Assembly: GCF_004010195.1 (NCBI RefSeq)
Contig: NW_025215347.1
Location: forward strand, 45,174 to 96,952
Length of the DNA stretch: 51,779 nt
Origin: Chiloscyllium plagiosum
Taxonomy: Eukaryota
Reading direction: 5' to 3'
Shown here: positions 1 to 9,965 of the stretch, piece after piece
How the letters are laid out: each line of letters begins with the position of its first letter
Position numbering within the stretch: the first letter of the stretch is position 1
Notes under the pieces: generated by a model
Told to the model about the DNA's origin: nothing
The model's database searches: none
The model's input: the letters and a program-made list of their open reading frames with translations, nothing else
Translations under genes and position numbers: made by a program

Positions 1-172
1 CCCTCTCATTTATCTCCCCACCCTGCAGGTTCCCTGCCTCTATTCCTGATGAAGGGCTTTTGCCCAAAACATCGATTTTCCTGCTCCTCGTATGCTGCCT
101 GACCTGCTGTGCTTTTCCAGCACCACTCTAATCTAGACTCTGGTTTCCAGCATCTGCAGTTCTTGTTTTTGC
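1..172 (+). mobile_element. Penelope-like element pLTR end with degenerate hammerhead motif
   Basis: cctgatgaagggcttttgcccaaaacatcga...ccagcatctgcag; same sequence as the pLTRs attached to GIY-YIG/RT-coding copies elsewhere in the window. Confidence 0.8.
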
Positions 173-390
173 CCTGTATCCAAATAGGTCTGCCCTCCCT
201 ATAGTATGGAAGCAGGCCATTTGTCCCATTGAGTTCACACCAACCCTCCAAAGAGCATCTAATCTAGACTCTGGTTTCCAGCATCTGCAGTTCTTGTTTT
301 TGCCCTGTATCCAAATAGGTCTGCCCTCCCTATAGTATGGAAGCAGGCCATTTGTCCCATTGAGTTCACACCAACCCTCCAAAGAGCATC
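127..390. repeat. Exact tandem duplication, 131-bp period
   Basis: The unit starting at 127 repeats at 258 with no visible difference; it spans a pLTR/SINE junction. Confidence 0.9.
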
Positions 391-523
391 CCACCTAAAC
401 CCATCGTCCTACTCTCCCCTGTAACCCTGCATTTCCCATGGCTAACCCACCTAACCTGCACATCCTGAGATACTACAGTCAATTTAACGTGGCCAATTTA
501 CCAAACCTGCACATCTTTGGACT
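327..523 (-). mobile_element. HE1/V-SINE 3' fragment
   Basis: Similar to the full copies at 31318-31641 and 32119-32435. Confidence 0.7.
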
Positions 524-665
524 AATACACATCTTATAAGTTTCAATTAAGTCAGCTCTGACTGTTCTCCGCTCCAGTGGATACAGGCCGAGCCCGTCTA
601 GCCTTTCCTCATAAGACAGTCGAAAGCTATGGAGATCTGACATGAGATCCGCTTATAAAATTTCG

Positions 666-1052
666 GGAGATGATGGCCTAGTGGGTATTATCACTGCACT
701 ATTAATCTTGAGACCCGGGTAATGTTCTGGGGACCTGGGTTTGAATCCCACCACAGTGGAATTTGAATTCTGTAAAAAAAAAGATTGGAATTGAGAGCCG
801 AACAGTGACCATGAAATTTTGTAGATTGTCGTAAAACCATGTGGTTCACGAATGTCCTTTTAGGGAAGGAAATCCGCTATCCTTAGCTGGTCTGGCGTAC
901 ACGTGACTCCAGACCCACAGCAAAGTCGGTGACTCTGAACTGCCCTCTGAATTGGCCCCAGCAAACCCCTAAGCTCCAGGGCATTCAGGGATCGTCAACC
1001 AGATGGTCACTTGCCAGTGACAGCCACATCCCATGAAAGATTGAAGAAAAAC
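666..1052 (+). mobile_element. tRNA-derived SINE, second family (here called family B)
   Basis: A-box tggcctagtgg, B-box-like gggtttgaatccc, core gtccttt-agggaaggaaat...gtgactccagacccacagcaa and tail ccacatcccatgaa; at least 5 related copies in the window. Confidence 0.8.
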
Positions 1053-1124
1053 ATTTAGACTAACTCCCATCCGAAATCTTCAACACCTTCTAGGAGCATA
1101 CCCTATTATTCCTTCCTCCCTCTT

Positions 1125-1396
1125 TTTTTAAAATTTGTCTTTTAAACCCCCCCACTACCGCCTAACTGCGGTAGTGCTCATTTTTCCCCAGGACCCATGG
1201 TGTGTGTAGGTGTGAGACACAGTGAGAGACACAAGGTGTACGAATCTTTATTCAATTTCCACCAACCACCAGGAAGATAGGAAAACAGCCGAGTGGCCAG
1301 AGACAAGCAGGGCCCTTCACATCAAAGGGCAGTGCTATGAGATCAAACAGTGAAGGGGAGGGTAGGGACTAAATCAAAGTAGAGTTGGAGGAGGGT
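1125..1396 (-). mobile_element. Short A-tailed retroposon (possibly L1/Tx1 3' end), copy 1
   Basis: 13-bp TSD cttcctccctctt at 1112-1124 and 1397-1409; T-run at left end; homologous to 9626-9877. Confidence 0.8.
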
Positions 1397-2037
1397 CTTC
1401 CTCCCTCTTGTTTGGCCGGTTTGTCTGCACGATTGACCATTACTCTCGCGAGATAAAGGTGTTTCTCCTCAATTCGCCCATTGGACGATTAATGACTCTA
1501 TCTGCATGACCCCTCGTTTAGGACGCCCTGCAAATTGGAAACATTTTCTCTAAAGCCACTGTATCAAAGCCTGTGTAAGTTTTCAAGAGCTCCCTCTTCT
1601 TTTTTCAAGTTATTCTGGAAAAACGTCAAACCTCATAAATTTGCCCTGGATTCTGTTGCTCTGTTTTGTCCCGCCTTCAATGTCTTTATTTTATTTGTCA
1701 CAAGAAGTCATGCACAATATTCCCACGTAGAGTCAAACTGGGATTCGCTACAATCTTGCAGTCTCTCCCTCTAGGTTTGAGCCAGCTTGATTTACTTTTT
1801 TACAGGCCTGAGTTGCTACTCCTAATGATTTCTCAATGTGCTCATCTGGATCCTTTTTTTTTTTGCTCTCCCACCCCTCTCATAGGGGCACTACGCACCG
1901 CATTCCCTATCTCAGGGCCAGTAGCCCTGGGGTTGAGTCTTCAGGCTGAAGAAAGTGCACTCAAAACGTGGTCAAACATGCTGATTGATAGACACTAAAT
2001 CCTTCAAATTCGTCAGATGGCAGGCAGTAAGAACAGG

Positions 2038-2545
2038 ACTCATAGACCATGGAAACAGAACCTTCAGTCCAACTTGACCATGCTAGCCAGATACTCTAAA
2101 TACATCTAGTCCCATTTGCCAGCATTCGGCCCATATCCCTCTTAAACCCTTCCTATTCATATACCCGTTCAAATGCTTTTTAAATGTTGTAATTGTACCA
2201 GCTCCTCCACTTCCTCTGGCAGAATCTGCAGTTTTTTTGTCCACCACATCCTCTGGCAGCTCGTTTCATATATGCACTATCCTCTGCATGAATAAGTTGC
2301 CCCCATATATCCATTTTAAATCTTCCCCTTTCACTTCAAATCTATGCCCTCTGGTTTTGGACTTCCCCTACCCAGTGGAAAATCTATTCATGCCCCTCAT
2401 GATTTTATAAACCTCTATAAGCTTCCAATGATTCAAGGAAAATAGACCCAGCCTATCCAGCCTCTCCCTGTGGGTCAAACCCTCCAACACCCTTGTAAGT
2501 CTTTTCTGAACCTTTTCAAATTTCACAACATCTTTCCTATAGCAG
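2038..2545 (-). mobile_element. CR1/HER1-like LINE 3' fragment
   Basis: Remnant RKDVVKFEKVQKRLTR...RLGLFSL...LIEVYKIMRG followed by the typical 3' UTR. Confidence 0.85.
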
Positions 2546-4279
2546 TCTGTAGGAGTCTCCTGGTTAGTTATCCTACAGAGTAAATGATCTATCACCGTAG
2601 TACATTGCCCATAAACATGGACCAATCCAATGGAAGTGCATGGCCCAATCTTCAGAAACAGGAATAGGTGAGACAACAGATCCTGTTTCTCAATTTCAAT
2701 TTCATGCTGAGTATGTGGCCTTCCTATTCCTCCTGTGTATGCCTGTTCATTCTAACCTTAAATTGTGAAGCCCACATCAATTACCATGAGAGGCACTTGA
2801 AAGAAGCTGCTCAACGTGTAATGAGGTGCTTGCAGAGTTAGGGTAGGGCTTGAACCTGGATCATTTGGCCAGAGGAAGGGACACTACCACTGCTCCGTGG
2901 GGGCTTTCAAGTCCCTTTACAGGCTGAGTGCAGGGAAATGCTGGCCCTGATTAGTTGCAAGACCTATTCCATGGTGTGGGAATGTCGTCAGCTATTTCAC
3001 AGTACTTATTCAGTTCACAGAAACGAGCAGAAAGAGTTGACACTTTGATAATGTAGTGGACCACAGAAGGCTGGGTTTCATCTTGTAGCTAACTGCGATC
3101 CTGTTTCTTAAGTTCTGTTTCTGGCTTTCTTCATACTCCGGAAGAACCAAACCACCTTCACACTTACTAGACCATTACTAGTGAACCAGTTCAGATTTTA
3201 AGACCCACATTTAGAGCAGGTGGGACTGAACCCAGGCCTCCTAGCCAAGAGGTAGGGACACTGTGACTGTGCCACAGGTGCCCCACTCCTCCTTTTGATA
3301 CCCTGCGCTGCTCATCTCTGGTTTATTTAATTGAAGAGAGTTAAACTGAGCCCTTTATCGGTGATTATTGCTTTTCGAAGCCCTGTTTTAGAGAGCATGT
3401 GCTGCCGGTCCATGGAAGAGTCATGTCTTTTATTGCAAAGTAACATTATATATATTCAAACAATATGAAAACAATGCAGGTTTTGCAGTACTTAATGAGT
3501 TCTTTGCGTCAGTATTCACCGAGGAGACTAGACGGATGTTGAGGCTAGGGATAGATGTTTGATTACTCTAGGTCAAGTTGGCATAAGGAGGGAGGATGTG
3601 TTGGGTATTCTAAAAGATATTAAGGTGGACAAGTCCCCAGGTCCAGATGGGATCTTTCCCAGGTTACTGAGGGAAGCGAGAGAGTAAATAGCTGGGGCCT
3701 TAACAGGTATCTTTGTAGTATTGTTGAACACGGATGAGGTCTCGGACCACTGTGCTGGGACCACTGTTGTTTGTAGTATACATAAATGATTTAGAGGAAG
3801 GTATAGGTGGTCTGATTAGCAATTTTGCAGATGACACTAAGATGATGGAGTAGCAGATAGTGAAGGGGACTGTCAGAATACAGCAGAACATAGATTGCAG
3901 AGTTCAACAGAGAATTGGCAGATGGAATTCAATTGGAGCAGATGTGAGGTGATGCCTTTTCAAAGATCCAATTCAAGAGCGAACAATATAGTAAATGAAA
4001 AAGTCTTGTGTAAAATTGATATACAGAGAGATCTGGGTGTTCAGGTCCATTGATCCCTGAAGGTGACAAAGCAGGTCAATAGAGTGGTCAAGAAGGCATA
4101 TGGCATGCTTTCCTTCTTTGGATGGGGTATTCAGTACAAGAGTTGGCAGGTCATGTTACAGTTGTATAAGACTTTGGTTCGACCACATTTGGACTACTAT
4201 GTACAGTTCTGGTCGCCACATTTCCAAAAGGATGTGGATGCTTTAGAGATGGTGTAGAGGAGGTTCACCAGGATGTTGC

Positions 4280-4551
4280 TGAAAATGTGTTGCTGGAAAA
4301 GCGCAGCAGGTCAGGCAGCATCCAAGGAACAGGAGAATCGACGTTTCGGGCATAAGCCCTTCTTCCTTTTTTTTTGTTGGGGTTGCAACGGAGGGAGTGG
4401 AGGGCTGCGCGTTCCGAGGGTGAGAGGTTGGAGTGGGTGAGAGGGGTGGGGGAGTTCAGGTGGCGGTTAATATCGCGGCGGCAGTTGGCTATGAAGAGGT
4501 CGAGGGCAGGTAGGAGGCCAGCACGGGGTGTCCAGGTGGATGGGGTGTGTT
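4280..4551 (-). mobile_element. Mini Penelope insertion (ORF fragment, A-run, pLTR)
   Basis: 13-bp TSD accaggatgttgc at 4267-4279 and 4552-4564; minus strand encodes PSTWTPRAGLLPALDLFIANCRRDINR...SNLSPSERAALHSLR. Confidence 0.85.
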
Positions 4552-4749
4552 ACCAGGATGTTGCCTGGTATGGAGGGTGCTAGCTATGAAGAGAGGTTGA
4601 GTAGATTAGTATTATTTTCATTAGAAAGACAGAGATTGATGGGGGAACCTGATTGAGGTCTACAAAATCATGAGAGGTATTGACAGAGTGTATAGCAAGA
4701 AGCTTTTTCCCAGAGTGTGGGGTCTCAATTACTAGGGGTCACGAGTTTA

Positions 4750-5092
4750 GGGTGGCACAGTGGTTAGCACTGCTGCCTCAAAGTGTCAGGGACCTGGGTT
4801 CGATTCCAGCCTCGGGCAGCTGTCTGTGTGGAGTTTGAATGTTCTCCCCATGTTTGTGTGGGTTTTCTCCAGGTGCTCTGATTTCCTCCCACAATCCAAT
4901 GATGTGAAGGTTAAGTGAATTGGCCACACTAAATTGCCCATAATGTTTAGGGATGTGTAGATTAGGTGCATTAGTCAGGGGTCAATATAGGATAGGGGAG
5001 TTGGTCTGGCTGTGTTACTGTTCGGAGGGTCAGTGTGGACTTGTTGGGCCGAAGAGCCTGTTTCCACACTGTAGGGATTCTATTCTATGATT
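4750..5092 (+). mobile_element. HE1/V-SINE
   Basis: tRNA-like head ggtggcacagtggttagcactgctgcctca...gggttcgattcc, V-domain-type core, CR1-like tail. Confidence 0.9.
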
Positions 5093-5872
5093 CAAAGAGG
5101 GAGGGGAAAAGTTTAGGGGAGATAGGCATGGAAAGTTATTTACACAAAGGGAACACGTTGCCAGCGGAGGTGGGTATGATAGCGTAATTTAAGATGTATC
5201 TAGACAGTTATATGAATGGGAGGGAACAAAGGGATTCAGACCTTCAGAAAATAGGCGACACGTTTAGGTAGAGAATCTGGATCGGTACAGGCTTGGAGGG
5301 CTGAAGAACCCGTTCCTGTACTGTAATTTTCTTTGTTCAGACAATTACAGAGAAGAAAATATTTAAAACCAATGAGAGTGTGATTATGATTGCATGACAA
5401 CCATAGAGTGTAGAGAGGTGGGTCATGAAGTTTGTTTATTCATTGTCAGTTACTGCATATCCTTGATTAATGAGAGTCAAAAAGCATGGTACAGTCAAAA
5501 AATGAATCCACTCTGACAGAACTTGATTCTAATTCAAAGAATACATTTTAGCAAAATGTGATTATGAATCTCTGATTGAATGATCGCTTCTCTTGCGCTC
5601 GCTCACACAAACACAGTGAGTTGAAATCAGCCTAAAGTAGAACACGGCTTTTATTTTTCTATATTTCCTTTTCAACTTTCCTGTAATAGAGACAATGCCA
5701 GGTACTAAATGAGGATTTCATGAAAGGATCTATCCTTGCTCATTTGACCTTAAGACACTGCGTCTTGTACTGTTACCTTACAAATTCAAGCTGAGATAAT
5801 CATGTGATGCACAAGTCTCCTATATTGACTACAATTGACCCAGATGTAATTTAATTCTTCATTTGCTTAATT

Positions 5873-6565
5873 AACTAGCCATTTGGATGCAGAACTGGCT
5901 CAAAGATAGGGGACAGCGGGTGGTGGTGGAGGTTTGCTTTTTGGACTCTAGGGCTGTGACCAATGGTGTGACAGAAGGATCAGTGCTGGGTCCACCACTT
6001 TTTATCTTTCTATATTTGGATGTGAACATCGGAGGTATAGTTAGTAAGTTTGCAGATTACACCAAAATTGGCGGTGTAGTGGACAGTGAAGAAGGTTCTC
6101 TCAGAGTATAATAGGATCTTGATCAGATGGGCCAATGGGCTGAGGAGTTGCAGATGGAGTTTAATTTAGATAAATGGGAGGTGCACCATTTTGGACAGGC
6201 AAGTCAGGGCAGGACTTGTCCACTTAATGATAAGGTCGTAGGGAGTGTTGCTGAACAAAGAGACCTTGGAGTGCAGGTCACAGACTGGGTAGTGAAGAAG
6301 GCGTTTGGTACATTTGCATTCATTGGTTAGTGCATTGAGTTGGGATATCACATTGCCATTGTACAGGACATAGATGAGGCCACTTTTAAAATACTGCATG
6401 CAATTCTGGTCTCCCTACTATAGGAAAGATGTTGTTGAACTAGACTGATACCAAGTATGGAGGAACTATTCAATGAGGAAAGGTTGAATAGGTTGGGCCT
6501 ATCCTTATTGGAGTTTAGAAGAATGAGAGGCAATGTTGTTGAGGTGTACAAGATTCTTAGGGGCA
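5873..6565 (+). mobile_element. Decayed CR1 ORF2 RT fragments
   Basis: NWLKDRGQRVVV...SVLGP...SKFAD motifs. Confidence 0.85.
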
Positions 6566-6569
6566 GATG

Positions 6570-6780
6570 TGTTGCCATAGTCTTACCAGATCATAGGGGC
6601 TACTCTCTTATTAGAGAGAAGTGACTGGTGGTGATTTAACCTTTGGGCCACCAGACCTCAGGCAAGGGAAGAGAGGTTGAGAAGGAGAGTTCTTCGTGGT
6701 GACCTCAATTGGGGTGGGAATTGAACCCACACTGTTGGCATCATAGTGTAAACCAACAATCCAGCCAACTGAGCTAAACC
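6570..6780 (-). mobile_element. tRNA-derived SINE, third family
   Basis: Minus strand begins ggtttagctcagttggctgg...gtgggttcaattccc (A and B boxes), then a body unrelated to the other SINEs. Confidence 0.65.
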
Positions 6781-6784
6781 AATT

Positions 6785-7960
6785 GACAAAAACAGAAGTT
6801 GCTGGAAAAGCTCAGCAGATCTGACAGCATTTGTTCCTAGTAATCTAATTAGATTAAATTCTCTACAGTGTGGAAACAGGACCTTCGGCCCCACAAGTCC
6901 ACACCGACCCTTCAAAGAGTAACCCATCCAGACCCATTTTCCTCTGACTAATGCACGTAAAACGATGGGCAATTTAGCATGGCCAGTTCACCTGGCTTGC
7001 ACATCTATGGACTGTGGGAGGAAACCGGAGCACCTGGAGGAAACCCATGCAGACACTGGGAGAATGTGCAAACTCCACACAGACAGTTGCCTGAGGCTGG
7101 AATCGAACCTGGGTCCCTGGCGCTGTGAAGCAGCAGTGCTAACTTAACCACTGAGCCACCATGCCATGACAAACATCTGCACCACTCCACTCCCCTTTTT
7201 CCCCCCAACCCCCACTCGCGTCCAAAAGCATCTGTAAAGAGAAATCAAAGTTAATGTTTTGGCTCTGGTGGCCATTCCTCAGAACTGCTGGTAGCTAGGA
7301 AAATGTTGGTTTGTATGCAGAAGACAGGGTGGGGGAGGGGGTAAGGAGTGAATGATAGGTAGGGTTAGGGCCCAAAGAGAGAGAAGAACAATTGGACAGA
7401 CAAAGGAGTCAATAACGATCTGGCTGGTTGGGTGAATAGTTGTTCATAGAGGCCATTAGTGGCTAACAATAGGTAGTGTGTAATAGCAGACTGTTATCCA
7501 AGGCCTGGTGTGTGTGGTAGGGGTCTGGGACATGGGAGAGTTCAGGCCCTAAAATGTTTGAACTTGATATCGAGTCCAAAGGGCTGCAGGGTCCCCAAGT
7601 GGAAAATGAGGTGTTGTTCGTCCAGCTTGTGCTTAGCTTTGCTGGAACAAAGCAGCAAGCCTGAGACACAGCTGTTAGCCATGGAACAGGGTGGTGTGTT
7701 GAAGTGGAAGCTCAGTCTTTTTTGCAGGCAGAATGTGGATATTCTGCAAACTGGTCACCCAGTTTACACTCCATTTCCCCAATGTAGAGAAAACTATATT
7801 GTGAGCAATGAATGTAATAGACTAGATTGTGAGAAGTGCGGGTAAAGTGCTGCTTCACCTAGAACTTTGATTTCTCTTCACAGATACTGCCTGACCTCCT
7901 GCGTTTTTCCAGCAATCTCTAATTAAGTTTCTGATTTACGGCATTTGCACTTGTTTTGGT
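6785..7960 (-). mobile_element. Penelope 3' fragment with pLTR and inverted pLTR, interrupted by an HE1 SINE
   Basis: Homologous to 18790-19500; GIY-YIG C-terminal remnant (KLDEQHLIFHLGTLQP); plus-oriented pLTR at ~7863-7955. Confidence 0.8.
6841..7165 (-). mobile_element. HE1/V-SINE
   Basis: Reverse complement of the 32119-32435 copy. Confidence 0.9.
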
Positions 7961-7964
7961 TAAT

Positions 7965-8320
7965 ATTCTTGGGGGTCCTGACAAAGGTAGATGTGGAGAG
8001 TTTATTTCCCCTTGTGGGAGAGTCTAGGACCAGAGGGCATCATCTCACAGTAAGGGGTCACCCAGCTAAGACAGAGGTGAGGAGGAATTTCTTTAAGGAT
8101 CTGTGGCATTCTTTACTGCAGAGGGCTATCTATGCTGGGTCATTCAGTATATTTGAGGCCAAGATACTGAGATTTTTAAATAGTAAGGGGAATCCAGGGT
8201 AATGGGAGAAAAGGCAGGAAGGTGGAGTTGAGGATTATCAGATCAGTGATGATCTCATTGAATGGCAGAGCAGATGCGATGGGCTGAATGGCCTACTCTT
8301 GCTCCTATGTCTTCTAGGTC
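7965..8320 (+). mobile_element. CR1 3' end
   Basis: VDVESLFPLVGESRTRGH remnant and ggctgaatggcctact...gctcctatgtctt tail. Confidence 0.8.
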
Positions 8321-9319
8321 ACATGCTTTGATATGATGTTGGTAACACAACTGCATCTCTAAGATGAGAACTGACACTGAATTGGAGTGAGGTTGGCGGT
8401 TTATATTCTCAAAGTTTACTAACACTGTACTGTGTTTATTTTATTGCAGTTGTTTTGAGTGTTTGTAAGACTTTGCCAAGCTCTGTGTGTATCATTTTTG
8501 TAAAGTAACTTGCACAGTGTGTTTACAAAGAACATAGAGTCATAAAGTATGGAAACAGATACTTCGATCCAACTAAACTAGTCCCATCTGCCTGCATTTG
8601 GCCCATATCCCTCAAATCTTTCCTATTTATTCAAGACTTTCACCTTTTCGATGGTCCAAGTGCTCAAAGACACTTTGACTGCATTTTACAATTTCATTCA
8701 ACACTGAGGAAGGATTCATAGGAGGTGGTTTGCGCTCACTGATACCCTTTAAGGGGGGGAAATTGTCTGGCCTTCAAGAGCAATGTGACTGTTTCTTAAC
8801 ATCTTCTGAAATGACCTATCCAGCCCCTCCAATCAGGGTGATGAGAGATGGGCAGCAAATACTAGCCCAGCCAATGGCAGCCACATCCCAAACAATAATT
8901 AAACCTCAGCGAGGTGCAATTGTCCCTTTAAGGGGTGAGCTTTCTTCTCTCAATGTTTTCTGGAAAAGAAATGGGTAGTCGCCTCTGAACACTGATTTGA
9001 GGTGAACGAGTGATTCTTCTGTTCAGGTGGTTGAAGGAGGTCCCTCAGCCTGGATGGTAGCTGATGCCCTGCAATTTGAGCACCATTGGGGGTTCATTGG
9101 TAATTACCTGAGAGACAGTGCCTGCTGTGGTTTGAAGAGGTTCATGTACGTTATGATGATGTATCTGAGGATCTTAGTGAGAGAGGAAGCAGCAGTCTAG
9201 ACTATGGAGGGAGAGGTCCTCAGGCTGCACTGGAGAGTTCTACAATGTGTAGGTGTAAATAAGGAATATAACAGGACAATAGGAGTTGAAAAGCCTTACT
9301 TAAAGACAAGGAGCCAGGG

Positions 9320-9965
9320 GGGTTCGGGGCAACATAGTGGCCATGTCACTGCACTAGTAATCCAGAGCCCCGGGTTAAAGCTGTGGGGTCATGATTTCGA
9401 ATCCCACATGCCAGTTGATGAAATTTGAATTGAAACTAGTCTAATGGTAACCATTGCTGTAAAAACCCATTGCTAGTGTCCTTTAGGAAGGAGATCTGAT
9501 CTAGTCTGCATGTGACTCCAAAATGGTGAAAGTGGATTTGAGGCCGAGATGGGATCAGCTCTGTCCACGTTGATTGTTGGGTTGGGCTTGATGGACTGAA
9601 TGGCCTAGTCCTATGTTTTGATGTTTTTTTCTTTTTAGACAACCCACACTACCGCCTAACTGCGGTAGTGCTTATTTTTTCCCCAGCACCCATGTTGTGT
9701 GTGTGCAGGTGTGAGACACAGTGAGAGACACAGGGTGTACAATTCTTTATTCAATTTCCAACACCAGGAAGAAAGAAAATACCCGAGTAGCCAGTGATAA
9801 GCAGTGCCCTTCACAAAAGGCAATGTTGTGTGATCAAACAGTGAAGGGGAGGGCAGGGATTAAATCAAAATAGAGCTTGTTTTGATGTTCTTAACTGCCC
9901 TCTGGCTAACTAGGGCAATAATAGACTAACCAATGATGACTGCATGCTATGAATGAATAATAAAG
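9320..9965 (+). mobile_element. Family B SINE split by a CR1 tail and the short retroposon
   Basis: Head and core at 9320-9520; tail cttaactgccctctg...atgaatgaataa at 9890-9965. Confidence 0.65.
9626..9877 (-). mobile_element. Short A-tailed retroposon, copy 2
   Basis: 12-bp TSD tgttttgatgtt at 9614-9625 and 9878-9889; homologous to 1125-1396. Confidence 0.8.

Larger units (their letters stand above)
3470..5338 (+). mobile_element. Decayed CR1 LINE (ORF2 RT region to 3' end) hosting two nested insertions
   Basis: KSPGPDG, FADDTK and LYKTLVRPHLDYYVQFWSP motifs with stops and internal deletions. Confidence 0.9.

Noticed and set aside
127..390. Exact 131-bp and near-exact 119-bp (23553-23789) tandem duplications as functional arrays or CRISPR-like repeats
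   Set aside because: Two units only, no spacers, read-length-sized and nearly identical; plausibly assembly overlap artefacts.
1153..1176. CACTAC...GTAGTG as CACTA transposon ends or a Helitron hairpin
   Set aside because: It is an internal 24-nt hairpin; the element has long TSDs and an A-tail, indicating retrotransposition.
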